Below, in pieces: positions 18,045 to 26,965 of a DNA stretch of 32,000 bases. The DNA comes from an uncultured bacterium (lineage in GTDB: Bacteria; Auribacterota; JACPWU01), in the NCBI GenBank assembly GCA_964640155.1, contig CAZXEQ010000003.1, positions 224,189-256,188 on the forward strand, in the 5' to 3' direction. Within the stretch, counting starts at the first letter, position 1. Every line of letters starts with the position of its first letter. Made by a program: the position numbers and the translations under genes. Under the pieces are notes generated by a model. That model searched no databases and was not told the DNA's origin. It worked only from the letters and a program-made list of their open reading frames with translations.

Positions 18045-19175
18045 ATGAAAATTCTTTTGGTTGCTGGTGCAAGACCTAATTTTATGAAGATTGCTCCTCT
18101 TGTTCATGAACTTAGAAACAGAAGTGAGGTGCATTGGAGAGTAGTTCACACGGGACAACACTATGATGATGAAATGTCAAAGGTCTTTTTTAAAGATTTT
18201 GATTTAAACGAACCCGATTATTTTTTGAACGTGGGTTCTGGAACTCATGCTGAACAAACGGCAAAAGTTATGATTGAGTTTGAAAAGGTTTGCATGAGCG
18301 AGAATCCAGATGTTGTCGTAGTTGTTGGGGATGTTAATTCTACTCTTGCTTGTTCAATCACGGCTAAAAAGTTAATGATTCGTGTAGCACATGTAGAAGC
18401 TGGACTTAGAAGTGACGATATATCTATGCCTGAAGAAGTCAATCGAATTGTTACAGATTCGATCTCTGACTATCTTTTTGTGACAGAGAGAAGTGCTATT
18501 AAGAATTTAAAGAAGGAAGGTAAAAAAGATAAAAGTATTTTTTTTGTAGGAAATATAATGATCGATACTCTTCATTACGGACTTAGAAGATTAGTTCCTA
18601 GAATAAGAGAAGATTTTCCTAATCGTTATGGAGTTCTTACTTTGCATAGACCTTCTAATGTAGACGACCATAGGAAGCTTGAGGATATTATGAGCGCTAT
18701 TAAACAAATATCACAGGATATGAAAATATATTTTCCTATTCATCCGCGCACAAAAAAAAATATAGAAAAATTTAAAATCAATACGTTGAATGATTGCTCA
18801 AATATCGAACTCATGTCTCCCTTGTCCTATTTTGATTTTCTTAATTTATGGAAAGATGCTGCACTAGTACTTACGGATAGTGGAGGAATTCAGGAAGAAA
18901 CAACTGCTTTAGGAATTCCATGTTTTACCATCAGGGATAACACCGAACGGCCTGTGACTTTCAAAGAAGGAACAAATCGACTTGTTGGAACAACACGAGA
19001 TAATATTATGAAGGCCTATTACGAATTCAAAAAAAATGGTACGGTGACCGGAAAATTACCCGACTGTTGGGATGGAAAGACATCAGAGAGAATCATAAAC
19101 ATTTTAGTGAATGAATTGCGTCAAGAAGATCAACTTGGTAATTCTCGACTAGGCGACTACTTTTCTAGAGTATGA
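18045..19175 (+). CDS. wecB: UDP-N-acetylglucosamine 2-epimerase (non-hydrolysing)
   Basis: Has 'MKILLVAGARPNFMKIAPL', 'HVEAGLRS' and 'LTDSGGIQEETTALGIPCFTIRDNTERP', the hallmark blocks of the WecB/MnaA family. Confidence 0.85.
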   Translation: MKILLVAGARPNFMKIAPLVHELRNRSEVHWRVVHTGQHYDDEMSKVFFKDFDLNEPDYFLNVGSGTHAEQTAKVMIEFEKVCMSENPDVVVVVGDVNSTLACSITAKKLMIRVAHVEAGLRSDDISMPEEVNRIVTDSISDYLFVTERSAIKNLKKEGKKDKSIFFVGNIMIDTLHYGLRRLVPRIREDFPNRYGVLTLHRPSNVDDHRKLEDIMSAIKQISQDMKIYFPIHPRTKKNIEKFKINTLNDCSNIELMSPLSYFDFLNLWKDAALVLTDSGGIQEETTALGIPCFTIRDNTERPVTFKEGTNRLVGTTRDNIMKAYYEFKKNGTVTGKLPDCWDGKTSERIINILVNELRQEDQLGNSRLGDYFSRV

Positions 19176-19327
19176 ACTTAGGATTTTAAAGGGTTGTGTA
19201 TATCTTGAAAGTGTTAAAAAATAACCCCAGACTTATGACCGTGTTATTTGGCTTTGGTGATAAGTTCATTATTTCTGCCGGATACTCGGCACCTTAAATG
19301 TTATATAAGCTTTGATAAAGCATTGAA

Positions 19328-20875
19328 ATGGGGGAATCGGTGAAGACCTATTTAGTTGCGTTTATTATTGCATTTACTGCTTCGCTTCTCTTAGTTCCGC
19401 TGGTTAAAAGAGTTGCCATCCATTTAAAGGTTTTTGGGAGTAATTCTGAAAATTTAGTACCCCGGCTGGGGGGTGTGGCTGTTTATTTTTCATTTCTTAT
19501 TCCTCTTGTAGGGTTGTTTTTCTACGACAATTCTGTTTCGATGCTATTTTTGCATGACGCTCGATTGATGTCCGGTCTTTTTATTGGGGGAACTCTGACC
19601 ATTCTTCTAGGAGCATGGGATGATTTTAGAAATCTTTCTCCTTTGAAGAAATTAATATTTGAGTTTTTTATCGGTACTTATCTTTATTGGGTTGGATTTC
19701 GAATCACTGATATCTCTACCCCACTTAACCTAACTGTTTCATTAGGTTTTTGGGAATATCCACTGACGCTCTTATGGATTATTGGAATTATGAATGCAAT
19801 GAATCTTATCGATGGTATTGATGGGTTGGCTACAGGAATCTCCTTTTTCTCTGTGATAACTCTTGGCATTATTTCTATTTCTGAGAATGTTGTGCTAAGC
19901 ATCTTATTATGTTCTGCTTTGGCAGGTTCATTGCTGGGATTTATCCGCTATAATTTTAATCCGGCACAAATTTATTTAGGAGACTCAGGAAGTCTTTTTT
20001 TAGGTTATATACTTGCTGTTATGTCCATCTGGGGATCACAGAAAGCAGGTACAGTGGTAGGTCTTCTTACGCCTATTATTGCTTTTGGACTTCCAATACT
20101 CGATATGGTTGTGAGTATCTTGAGGCGCTATTTCAGAGGGCTTCCTGTTTTTCAAAGGGATAGGGAGCATATTCATCATCGATTAAGATCTTTAGGTTTT
20201 TCTCAAAGGAAAGTGGTTCTGATCCTATATGCGTTTTGTATAATTTTGAATATGGTTGCCGTAGTCACTTTCATTTCTAATAATCCAACGATTATTTTGG
20301 TGGCGCTTGTCATTGGTGCGATCTTTGGACTTAAATATTTAGGTTATATTAATAAAAAGATTGTTAAGGACAGATTGGAAGAGTTTTTCAAAATAAGGAA
20401 GGAGCGATATTGTCGATATGTGTTGCGGGAATTGCTTAAAAACTTAGAGCATCAATCGCTAAGAAATAAAATCTGGATTATAACAAAGGGTTTTGCCGAA
20501 AAGCTTCATTATGAATTTGTAAGGCTGGAAATTATAAAGGATAGAAATGGATTAAAGAAAGTAGATGCGATTGAATGGTCATCTGGAAATGATAAGTCGG
20601 AGCAACCGACAACAAGAATTTTACTGCCTTTGGTTGTTAGGAATGAACAAATTGGTTCTGTGGAAGTTAGAATGAATTATTTCCTTTCTAAAAAAGGCCC
20701 CAGCATTTTTTCTGGAACGGAGCTTTTTGCTGAAGAGATATCCCGTATATTGGCTTTTGAGATGAAAGACGATAACAATATTGAGTTGTCTAGAGCCCTT
20801 AGAGAGTCGAACGATCGTAGTCTGGATGAAACAAGTTTGCAGGATTTAGTTCCAGAGGTCGTAGGCGAGAAATGA
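19328..20875 (+). CDS. Polyprenyl-phosphate HexNAc-1-phosphate transferase (WecA/MraY family) with a ~170-aa cytoplasmic C-terminal extension
   Basis: A multi-TM core carries 'GAWDDFRNLSP' and 'NAMNLIDGIDGLA' motifs. Residues ~343-515 are soluble and not part of the usual family. The start may instead be GTG 19340, with GGGGGA at 19330-19335. Confidence 0.75.
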   Translation: MGESVKTYLVAFIIAFTASLLLVPLVKRVAIHLKVFGSNSENLVPRLGGVAVYFSFLIPLVGLFFYDNSVSMLFLHDARLMSGLFIGGTLTILLGAWDDFRNLSPLKKLIFEFFIGTYLYWVGFRITDISTPLNLTVSLGFWEYPLTLLWIIGIMNAMNLIDGIDGLATGISFFSVITLGIISISENVVLSILLCSALAGSLLGFIRYNFNPAQIYLGDSGSLFLGYILAVMSIWGSQKAGTVVGLLTPIIAFGLPILDMVVSILRRYFRGLPVFQRDREHIHHRLRSLGFSQRKVVLILYAFCIILNMVAVVTFISNNPTIILVALVIGAIFGLKYLGYINKKIVKDRLEEFFKIRKERYCRYVLRELLKNLEHQSLRNKIWIITKGFAEKLHYEFVRLEIIKDRNGLKKVDAIEWSSGNDKSEQPTTRILLPLVVRNEQIGSVEVRMNYFLSKKGPSIFSGTELFAEEISRILAFEMKDDNNIELSRALRESNDRSLDETSLQDLVPEVVGEK

Positions 20876-20912
20876 ATTAGAATGGGGCGAGGGGGCTTGG
20901 TAAGTAAATTTT

Positions 20913-20985
20913 TGGACCTGATCGGAGTCGAACCGACGACCCCCACAATGCCATTGTGGTGCTCTACCAATTGAGCTACAGGCCC
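20913..20985 (-). tRNA. tRNA-Ala (anticodon GGC)
   Basis: The reverse complement folds as a 73-nt cloverleaf. Acceptor is GGGCCUG/CAGGUCC with the Ala identity pair G3:U70 and discriminator A. D arm is GCUC-AAUUGGUA-GAGC. Anticodon arm is CCACA-AUGGCAU-UGUGG. Variable loop is GGGUC. T arm is GUCGG-UUCGACU-CCGAU. No CCA is encoded. Confidence 0.9.
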
Positions 20986-21176
20986 ATTTAAACAAATAAT
21001 TCTAAGTTCTTTAACTTTAGTGGCGACTAATATACAAAAACTTTCTTATTTGTGCTACTGAGATTTTTAAGATGGGTAGAGAATTTTATCGTTGAGTAAG
21101 CAAGATCATCTATCAAAAATAATATTGACCACGACAAGAAGAGATAATTCTGAACCTATTCAATGTTGATAACTTT

Positions 21177-21354
21177 GCCCCGTTTCTTAAAGCCTACCTG
21201 AGACTTTGCATGGGATAAAGTAAGGGTCACCCCGATTGCTCCTATTCTAAGATGATGTCCTTGTCCCGCGCTTCTTAAAGGCTACGCGAGACTATGCGTA
21301 GGATAAAGACGAGAGCACCCTATCAATAGCTTCTATTCGATGATGATGTCCTTG
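21177..21354. repeat. Imperfect tandem direct duplication (~87 + ~91 bp) of the ilvB 3' end plus its downstream sequence
   Basis: Copy 2 (about 21264-21354) contains the last ilvB codons and the stop (...gatgatgatgtccttg). Copy 1 (about 21177-21263) repeats it. That includes a relic 'cctattctaagatgatgtccttg', matching 20 of 23 nt of the gene end, and the block 'ttcttaaag.ctac..gagact.tgc.t.ggataaag'. Confidence 0.7.
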
Positions 21355-23051
21355 ACTGTTTTCCCGCTAGGGATCATGGGAAGCACATGCTCTTGATAGG
21401 GGACAATAATATCTAGAAGATAAGGTCCGTCATGGGCCAACATCTTTTCAAGAGCGCCTTTAAGATCTTTTTTGTGTATGACTTTTTGGGCGGGAATCTT
21501 GAAAGATTCAGCCATTTTGACAAAATCTGGATAACTATGCTTAGGATCAGCAGGATCTGCAAGACTTGGGTCACCAATAAATGTATGCCCACGATTGCCT
21601 TTGTAAAAACGATCTTCCCATTGAACAACCATTCCAAGATGCTGATTATTTAAAATGACAATCTTAACTCCAATTTTTTCAATATAAGCAGTAGCAAGCT
21701 CCTGCACGTTCATCACAAAACTTCCATCGCCATCGATGTCGATAACGGTTTTGTTAGGGCAAGCCAGTTTTGCTCCAATAGCTGCAGGGAGTCCAAAACC
21801 CATGGCGCCTAAACCTGCAGAAGTGATAAAACTTCGAGGATGTGTATATTTAAAAAATTGACCGGCCCACATTTGATGCTGTCCTACGCCAGTAGTCACA
21901 ATCGCATCTCCACCTGTAATTTCATAGAGTTGAGAAATGACATGCTGAGGTAAGATTTTATCTTTATCATCTTTATAGCTGAATGGATGTTTAGTCATCC
22001 AACCGGATATTTTTTCTTGCCATTCTTTGTATTCACGACGTTTCACATGCTTGGTTAATTCTTTTAAAAGAAATTTGATATCGCTTACCACTGGGATATG
22101 GACTACTTTATTTTTATTAAGCTCTGAAGGATCAATGTCTGCATGAACAATAATTCCATGCTTGGCAAATTCTTCGACTTTGCCGGTTACACGATCATCA
22201 AAGCGAACTCCAAAGGCAAGTAGGAGATCGGCTTCGTCGACTGCATAGTTTCCGGCAACAGTTCCATGCATTCCAAACCATCGCATGGAAAGAGGATGAG
22301 TTTCTGGAAAAGCACCGATGCCCATGAGTGTCGTTGTGATTGGGATATTAGATTTTTCGACAAATGCTGTGAGTTCATCGGCAGCATCAGAAGAAATAAT
22401 TCCACCGCCTGCATATAGAACTGGCTTTTCACATTCTTCAATGGCGCGCAAAATTTGTTGGATTTGTTGCTCTGAAGCATATTTTTCAGGATGATACCCT
22501 TTCATCTCAATTTTTTCTGGAAATTTAGGTATGCATTGAGCTTGTTGAAGATTTTTAGGAATATCCACGAGCACTGGTCCAGGTCTGCCTGTAGAAGCAA
22601 CATAAAAGGCTTCCTTAATAACATGAGGGATTTCTTCAATGGATTGAACCAAATAATTATGCTTCACAATGGGACGGGTGACACCCACCACATCGGTTTC
22701 CTGAAACGCATTTTTACCAATAAAATGTTGAGGAACTTGACCTGTAATGCAAACCAGAGGAATAGAATCCATGTAAGCATCCGCAATTCCTGTTATGAGG
22801 TTTGTTGCACCAGGACCAGAGGTGGCCATGCAAACGCCCACTTTACCAGAAGCTCGGGCATAGCCTTCAGCTTCAAATACGCCACCTTGTTCATGACGAG
22901 GGAGAATAACACGAATTTTCTTAGAACGGGTTAGAGCTTGATGAAGTTCCATACTCGCTCCACCAGGATAGGCAAAAACATGTTTCACACCTTCTCGCTC
23001 AAGACAAGCAACAACGATGTCTGAGCCCATCATTTTCTGGGATTCGCTCAT
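21333..23051 (-). CDS. ilvB: Acetolactate synthase (acetohydroxyacid synthase) large subunit, biosynthetic type
   Basis: Has 'LPRHEQGGVFEAEGYARASGKVGVCMATSGPGATNLITG' and the ThDP motif 'GLGAMGFGLPAAIGAK...DGDGSFVMNVQELAT'. I prefer ATG 23051 (MSESQK...), which has GAAAGG 7 nt upstream, over the track's TTG at 23066. Confidence 0.85.
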   Translation of the reverse strand: MSESQKMMGSDIVVACLEREGVKHVFAYPGGASMELHQALTRSKKIRVILPRHEQGGVFEAEGYARASGKVGVCMATSGPGATNLITGIADAYMDSIPLVCITGQVPQHFIGKNAFQETDVVGVTRPIVKHNYLVQSIEEIPHVIKEAFYVASTGRPGPVLVDIPKNLQQAQCIPKFPEKIEMKGYHPEKYASEQQIQQILRAIEECEKPVLYAGGGIISSDAADELTAFVEKSNIPITTTLMGIGAFPETHPLSMRWFGMHGTVAGNYAVDEADLLLAFGVRFDDRVTGKVEEFAKHGIIVHADIDPSELNKNKVVHIPVVSDIKFLLKELTKHVKRREYKEWQEKISGWMTKHPFSYKDDKDKILPQHVISQLYEITGGDAIVTTGVGQHQMWAGQFFKYTHPRSFITSAGLGAMGFGLPAAIGAKLACPNKTVIDIDGDGSFVMNVQELATAYIEKIGVKIVILNNQHLGMVVQWEDRFYKGNRGHTFIGDPSLADPADPKHSYPDFVKMAESFKIPAQKVIHKKDLKGALEKMLAHDGPYLLDIIVPYQEHVLPMIPSGKTVKDIIIE

Positions 23052-23079
23052 GAATAAACCTTTCAAAATTTGTGGAAAG

Positions 23080-23088
23080 ATTATAACA
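23080..23088 (-). promoter_or_regulatory. Candidate extended -10 promoter (TGTTATAAT) for ilvB
   Basis: The minus strand reads TTGACAaaagttttttgTTATAAT. A consensus TATAAT with an upstream TG lies ~30 nt before ATG 23051. The TTGACA is only 12 nt away, so it is not a canonical -35. Confidence 0.35.
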
Positions 23089-23122
23089 AAAAACTTTTGT
23101 CAAAGGAAGGAGAAAACAGGCA

Positions 23123-24004
23123 TCATTCTATTTCATGCTCAGGGTCTTCGTGAATAGTAACATCCGCATATTCAAATTTAGCTTTTATTTTTTCAATAAG
23201 AGACTCAGCAATTTCATGGGCGTCTTCAAGATTTTGATCTGATTTAAAAACTAAGTGAAAGTCTATAAAACGCTTGTGCCCTGCTTTGCGTGTACGAAGT
23301 TCATGATAACCCTTAATATGAGAATGGTGATTTTTGATGAGCAGGTCCAATTCATCTAAAGCTCCTTGGGGAAGAGAGCGGTCTACTAGTTCATTACCAG
23401 CTTGTAGTAAAATATGCCCCGCTAAAAATGCAATGTAACCCGCAAGGAAAATCCCGCCTAAGCCATCCCAACCACTCCAGCCTGTTAACTTTACAAGGAA
23501 AATAGAGACGAAGATAATGATGTAAGAGAGAATATCCATCAGATAATGAGATTTTTCTGCTTTTAGAATAAGGGATTCGGTTTTCTTTTCAGTGCGACTT
23601 AAAATGGTTGTGATAATGATATTGATGATGACAGATAGAATGATGACGATGAAAGCTGTCTCAACGTGTTGTATCGGTGCTTTGATGGCAAGATGATGAA
23701 TTGATTTTCCTAAAATCCAAAGGGAAAGAAGAGCAAAAAGAATGCCTTGTGTGTAAGAAGTGAGGCTTTCAATTTTTTCATGACCATAGGCATGATCTTT
23801 ATCAGGAGGTTGCGCGGCTCTTTTAATGGAAAAATAATTAATACCAGATACGCATATATCCATTAAGGAATCTAAGGCTGATGCAAGAAGAGCGGTAGAA
23901 CCCGTGATAAAACTGGCAATGGCTTTGATGAGCGTGAGAATCCCTGAAAGGCCAATGGCCCATCTAACGCTTACTTTCTTTTGATGCAGATTCTGTTCTG
24001 ACAT
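23123..24004 (-). CDS. Cation diffusion facilitator (CDF) family metal efflux transporter
   Basis: Has six TM helices with 'LDSLMD' in TM2 and 'HYLMD' in TM5, the metal site A signature. A C-terminal cytoplasmic domain is present ('HIKGYHELRTRKAGHKRFIDFHL'). Confidence 0.8.
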   Translation of the reverse strand: MSEQNLHQKKVSVRWAIGLSGILTLIKAIASFITGSTALLASALDSLMDICVSGINYFSIKRAAQPPDKDHAYGHEKIESLTSYTQGILFALLSLWILGKSIHHLAIKAPIQHVETAFIVIILSVIINIIITTILSRTEKKTESLILKAEKSHYLMDILSYIIIFVSIFLVKLTGWSGWDGLGGIFLAGYIAFLAGHILLQAGNELVDRSLPQGALDELDLLIKNHHSHIKGYHELRTRKAGHKRFIDFHLVFKSDQNLEDAHEIAESLIEKIKAKFEYADVTIHEDPEHEIE

Positions 24005-24039
24005 GACGTCATTCTAGCATTTTAAACATAAAAATCACG

Positions 24040-25422
24040 TCATTCTCTAATGCGGTAAATAGTAATAGGGGTAGGAATGCCTTTAAATTCAATGGTTTCA
24101 TTGTGAGATTGAACCGGATTTTTTATTTTTTCGTAAGACGAGTGACTTAAAACAGTTTCCCCTTTTTGAGCGATGGAAACAAGTCGAGACGCTAAATTAA
24201 CATCTTGTCCAATGACAGTGTAAGTCATTCTTTTTTCAGAACCAATATTGCCGGCGATGGCAAAACCTGTATTAATACCAATTCCAATTTCTATTTTTTC
24301 AAAACCTTCTTTTTCTAAATCTTTATTTAGATCTTTAAGGGCTTGATGCATTTCTAAGGCCGTTTTTAAAGCGCGTTCAGGGTCATCTGAGTGAGCAATA
24401 GGGGCCCCAAAAACAACCATCATTTCATCCCCAGTGAATTTATCGATCAGCCCTTCATTTTGCATGGCAATTTCTGTCATCACAGTGAAGTATCGGTTTA
24501 GAATCTCTACAATCTGTTCGGGTTTAAGTTTAGACGCCATGGACGTGAACATTCTAATGTCAGAAAATAAAACGGTTACTTCTTTTAGCTCTCCTGTAAG
24601 CGTTGGACGAACTTTTCCTTCAAGGATCTTTTCTACAACTTGATCTGTAGCATAACGCCTGAAAATATCTTTGATCATTTCGCGTTCGCGAAGACCCGCA
24701 ATCATTTCATTGAAAGAATCTGAGAGCGTTTCGAGTTCATCATGGGTTTTGATTTGTGTGGATGTTTGAAAATCACCTTTTGCAACACGTTGAAATCCCT
24801 GAATAAGAATGAAAAGAGGGGCGGTGATTTTATTTGAAATCCAAATGGCTGTAAGAATTCCAATAAGGATTAGTACAAATCCAATTGCAAAATGTTCAAC
24901 CAAGGCTTCAATGATTTCGCCTTCTAAAATTTTGAGAGAGAATCCAATATAAAGACCTCCAAGACTTCCCATTTCAATTTTGACATTGCGAATATCTTTG
25001 TGAAAGGGGAAATGGCCTTCCAAAATTTGCTTTCCTAAAAAAACTGCATCTTGAGAAGATGTTTGAATTTTATTCCAATTAAAAACGGAATCTTCAAGTC
25101 CTCCTGTTGCATCCAGGGTAAGGATATAAATAATAGAAATCGAATAACCTCGTTTGGCAATGGCAGTGTGTATAGTTTTCTCAAGATATTCATGAATAAG
25201 GGATGAAGAAATGGGTTCGCTTAAACCCTGCATTAGGGCAATTTGTTTGCCAAGATTGATCATGAGCTTTGAAGCTTCGTCTTTCTTGAATTCAATTTCA
25301 CGCCATGAAGAAATAAAAAGGGTAATGCTCAGTGTGATGAGAATAAGAATGGTTGTGAGCAAACTTAGCTTTGTTCGAATGCCTAATTTTAAGAAGCGAT
25401 TCTTAAGAGATGTGTCTGGCAT
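24040..25422 (-). CDS. Membrane sensor with HAMP domain and class III adenylate/guanylate cyclase domain
   Basis: Two TM helices flank a ~140-aa periplasmic region. HAMP is present ('PLFILIQGFQRVAKGDFQT...DELETLSDSFNEM'). Cyclase blocks are 'VTVLFSDIRMFTSM', 'KFTGDEMMVVFGAP', 'GINTGFAIAGNIGS' and 'YTVIGQDVNLASRL'. Confidence 0.85.
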   Translation of the reverse strand: MPDTSLKNRFLKLGIRTKLSLLTTILILITLSITLFISSWREIEFKKDEASKLMINLGKQIALMQGLSEPISSSLIHEYLEKTIHTAIAKRGYSISIIYILTLDATGGLEDSVFNWNKIQTSSQDAVFLGKQILEGHFPFHKDIRNVKIEMGSLGGLYIGFSLKILEGEIIEALVEHFAIGFVLILIGILTAIWISNKITAPLFILIQGFQRVAKGDFQTSTQIKTHDELETLSDSFNEMIAGLREREMIKDIFRRYATDQVVEKILEGKVRPTLTGELKEVTVLFSDIRMFTSMASKLKPEQIVEILNRYFTVMTEIAMQNEGLIDKFTGDEMMVVFGAPIAHSDDPERALKTALEMHQALKDLNKDLEKEGFEKIEIGIGINTGFAIAGNIGSEKRMTYTVIGQDVNLASRLVSIAQKGETVLSHSSYEKIKNPVQSHNETIEFKGIPTPITIYRIRE

Positions 25423-25430
25423 TGATAAAG

Positions 25431-25559
25431 TTACTCTCGAGTAGAATTTTTCAAATCTTTAATTATTTTCAAAAGTTTTTTTTGTTGTTGATGTAACTTG
25501 AAAATATAAATGAATAAGGCTGTCCAAACAATTGTATAGGCTAAAAATAAATGGTCCAT
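25431..25559 (-). CDS. ccmD: Haem exporter protein D (CcmD family), 42 aa; absent from the ORF track
   Basis: The hand translation is MDHLFLAYTIVWTALFIYIFKLHQQQKKLLKIIKDLKNSTRE*. This is a single TM helix with the A-Y-x3-W pattern and a basic tail, like CcmD. An AGGAG SD overlaps the ccmC stop, 5 nt before the ATG. It sits between ccmC and the next gene with 8-nt gaps on both sides. Confidence 0.75.
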   Translation of the reverse strand: MDHLFLAYTIVWTALFIYIFKLHQQQKKLLKIIKDLKNSTRE

Positions 25560-25567
25560 GTGCTCTC

Positions 25568-26257
25568 CTAGGATTCTAAGTGATTTTGAATTTTCTGAAT
25601 GTCTTCTTCAGCTTTTAAAAGGGAAACCCTCAGTTTTATTACAACAATATACAAAACAAGAAAGGCCAAGCAGGAGATCATCAATGTTTGAAACATGAGA
25701 GGATCAAGGCCAGAGCCTTCACCTCCGCCAATGACAGGACTCGGATGCTGTGTTCTCCACCATCGAATAGAAAGATAGACAATGGGAACATCCACAAAGC
25801 CAAGAATGCCTAAAACTGCAGATAGAATTTGTTTTTTATGTTCGGGATGAACAAAAGATCTAAGCATAAGATATGAAATATAAATAAGCCAAAGGACAAA
25901 AGACGAAGTGAGTCTTGCATCCCAAGTCCACCAAATGCCCCAAACAGGTTTAGCCCAAAGGGGTCCTGTGATGAGAACGAGCGTAGAAAAAAGAACGCCT
26001 AGTTCAGCTGAAGCAAGGGCAACTCTGTCGAAAATGTTTTTTCTTGTGAAGAGGAAAAGGGTGCTTGCGATAAAAACTACAAAAAATGCAAGAAATGAAA
26101 TCCAACCTGAGGCAACATGAAAATAAAAAATTCTTTGAATATTGCCCATTGTAGATTCAGTGGGTGCAACAAGGAAAATCATCCATAAAGAAACAAGCAT
26201 TGTAAAAAAAAGTAGACTTAAACTAAACAGTGAGTAAACAGAGTTCTTCAAGTTCAT
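25568..26257 (-). CDS. ccmC: Haem exporter/haem-handling protein CcmC
   Basis: Has the WWD motif 'WAKPVWGIWWTWDARLTSS' and conserved flanking His residues ('YFHVASGW', 'WWRTQHP'). About six TM helices. Located after ccmA and ccmB. Confidence 0.85.
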   Translation of the reverse strand: MNLKNSVYSLFSLSLLFFTMLVSLWMIFLVAPTESTMGNIQRIFYFHVASGWISFLAFFVVFIASTLFLFTRKNIFDRVALASAELGVLFSTLVLITGPLWAKPVWGIWWTWDARLTSSFVLWLIYISYLMLRSFVHPEHKKQILSAVLGILGFVDVPIVYLSIRWWRTQHPSPVIGGGEGSGLDPLMFQTLMISCLAFLVLYIVVIKLRVSLLKAEEDIQKIQNHLES

Positions 26258-26287
26258 TTCACAAATCCCAATATATAATTCACAGGT

Positions 26288-26965
26288 TTATTCTTCTATA
26301 ACATATTGAAAAAGCATCAAACTAATTACGAGAAAAATAATGTCATAAGCGACAAGTAGTTTAAACCATGCCGATGTAAAATGAAATTCGCTTTTTAAAA
26401 TCAAATTCGTGCATTCGACACAACTCATAAATAAGGGAGCAATAATCGGAAATAATAAAATAGGAAGTAAAATATCTCTCAAGCGTGTATATAGAGCCAT
26501 GGTAGAAAGAAGAGTGCCTACAGCACAAAATCCACAAGCTCCCAGAAAGAGAATCAAAAGAATTTTATCAATTTGAAAAAAAGAAAAATTAAAAAAGATA
26601 GAAAAAATAGGGAGGATGAGTATTTGACTTAAAAGCATGATGAAAAGATTGGTCAAGCATTTTGCCAAAAAAATACTTTCCGAGGAGACGGGGGATAACG
26701 AAAGAGACTCAAGTCCTGCATTTTCTTTTTCTAAGGTTGCGGTGCGGTTCAAACCTAAAATTCCAGCAAAAGCAAAAGTGATCCATAAAAAACCAGATGC
26801 TAGACGAAGCGTTTCTTCAGAATTAGCTTCAAAAGAAAAATTAAAAAGAAGAAGTTCTAAAACAGCAAAAATAAACATGGAGAAGAAAACTTCTTTTGTT
26901 CTGAGCTCCGTGAGGATATCTTTCTTGAAAATAAGCCCAATTTGGCTCAAAAAATGTTTATTCAT
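26288..26965 (-). CDS. ccmB: Haem exporter membrane protein CcmB
   Basis: A six-TM ABC-2-like protein with the N-terminal 'FKKDILTELRTKE' pattern typical of CcmB. Its ATGA start overlaps the ccmA stop. Confidence 0.75.
   Translation of the reverse strand: MNKHFLSQIGLIFKKDILTELRTKEVFFSMFIFAVLELLLFNFSFEANSEETLRLASGFLWITFAFAGILGLNRTATLEKENAGLESLSLSPVSSESIFLAKCLTNLFIMLLSQILILPIFSIFFNFSFFQIDKILLILFLGACGFCAVGTLLSTMALYTRLRDILLPILLFPIIAPLFMSCVECTNLILKSEFHFTSAWFKLLVAYDIIFLVISLMLFQYVIEE

Noticed and set aside
20677-20970. A 97-aa ORF on the minus strand spanning the end of the WecA-like gene and most of the tRNA.
   Set aside because: It overlaps a clean tRNA-Ala cloverleaf and the antisense strand of a well-supported CDS, so it is spurious.
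20986-21176. An ORF-free 190-bp stretch between tRNA-Ala and the tandem repeat as a possible sRNA or tRNA promoter, and a 20-codon ORF at about 19238-19300 upstream of the WecA-like gene.
   Set aside because: I could identify no convincing promoter/terminator pair, conserved structure or SD by eye. There is not enough signal to call a feature.
23098-23103. A consensus TTGACA upstream of ilvB as a -35 box.
   Set aside because: It is only 12 nt from the TATAAT, outside the 16-18 nt window. The promoter call rests on the extended -10 instead.
24003-24046. A perfect 10-nt palindrome ATGACGTCAT (containing the CRE-like TGACGTCA) at the CDF start codon, and a 10-nt direct repeat acgtcattct (24006-24015 and 24037-24046) bridging the cyclase stop and CDF start.
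   Set aside because: Roughly 30 perfect 10-nt palindromes are expected by chance in 32 kb. The repeat is short and explained partly by stop/start context. There is no supporting evidence for a regulator site, despite the suggestive neighbouring cyclase.
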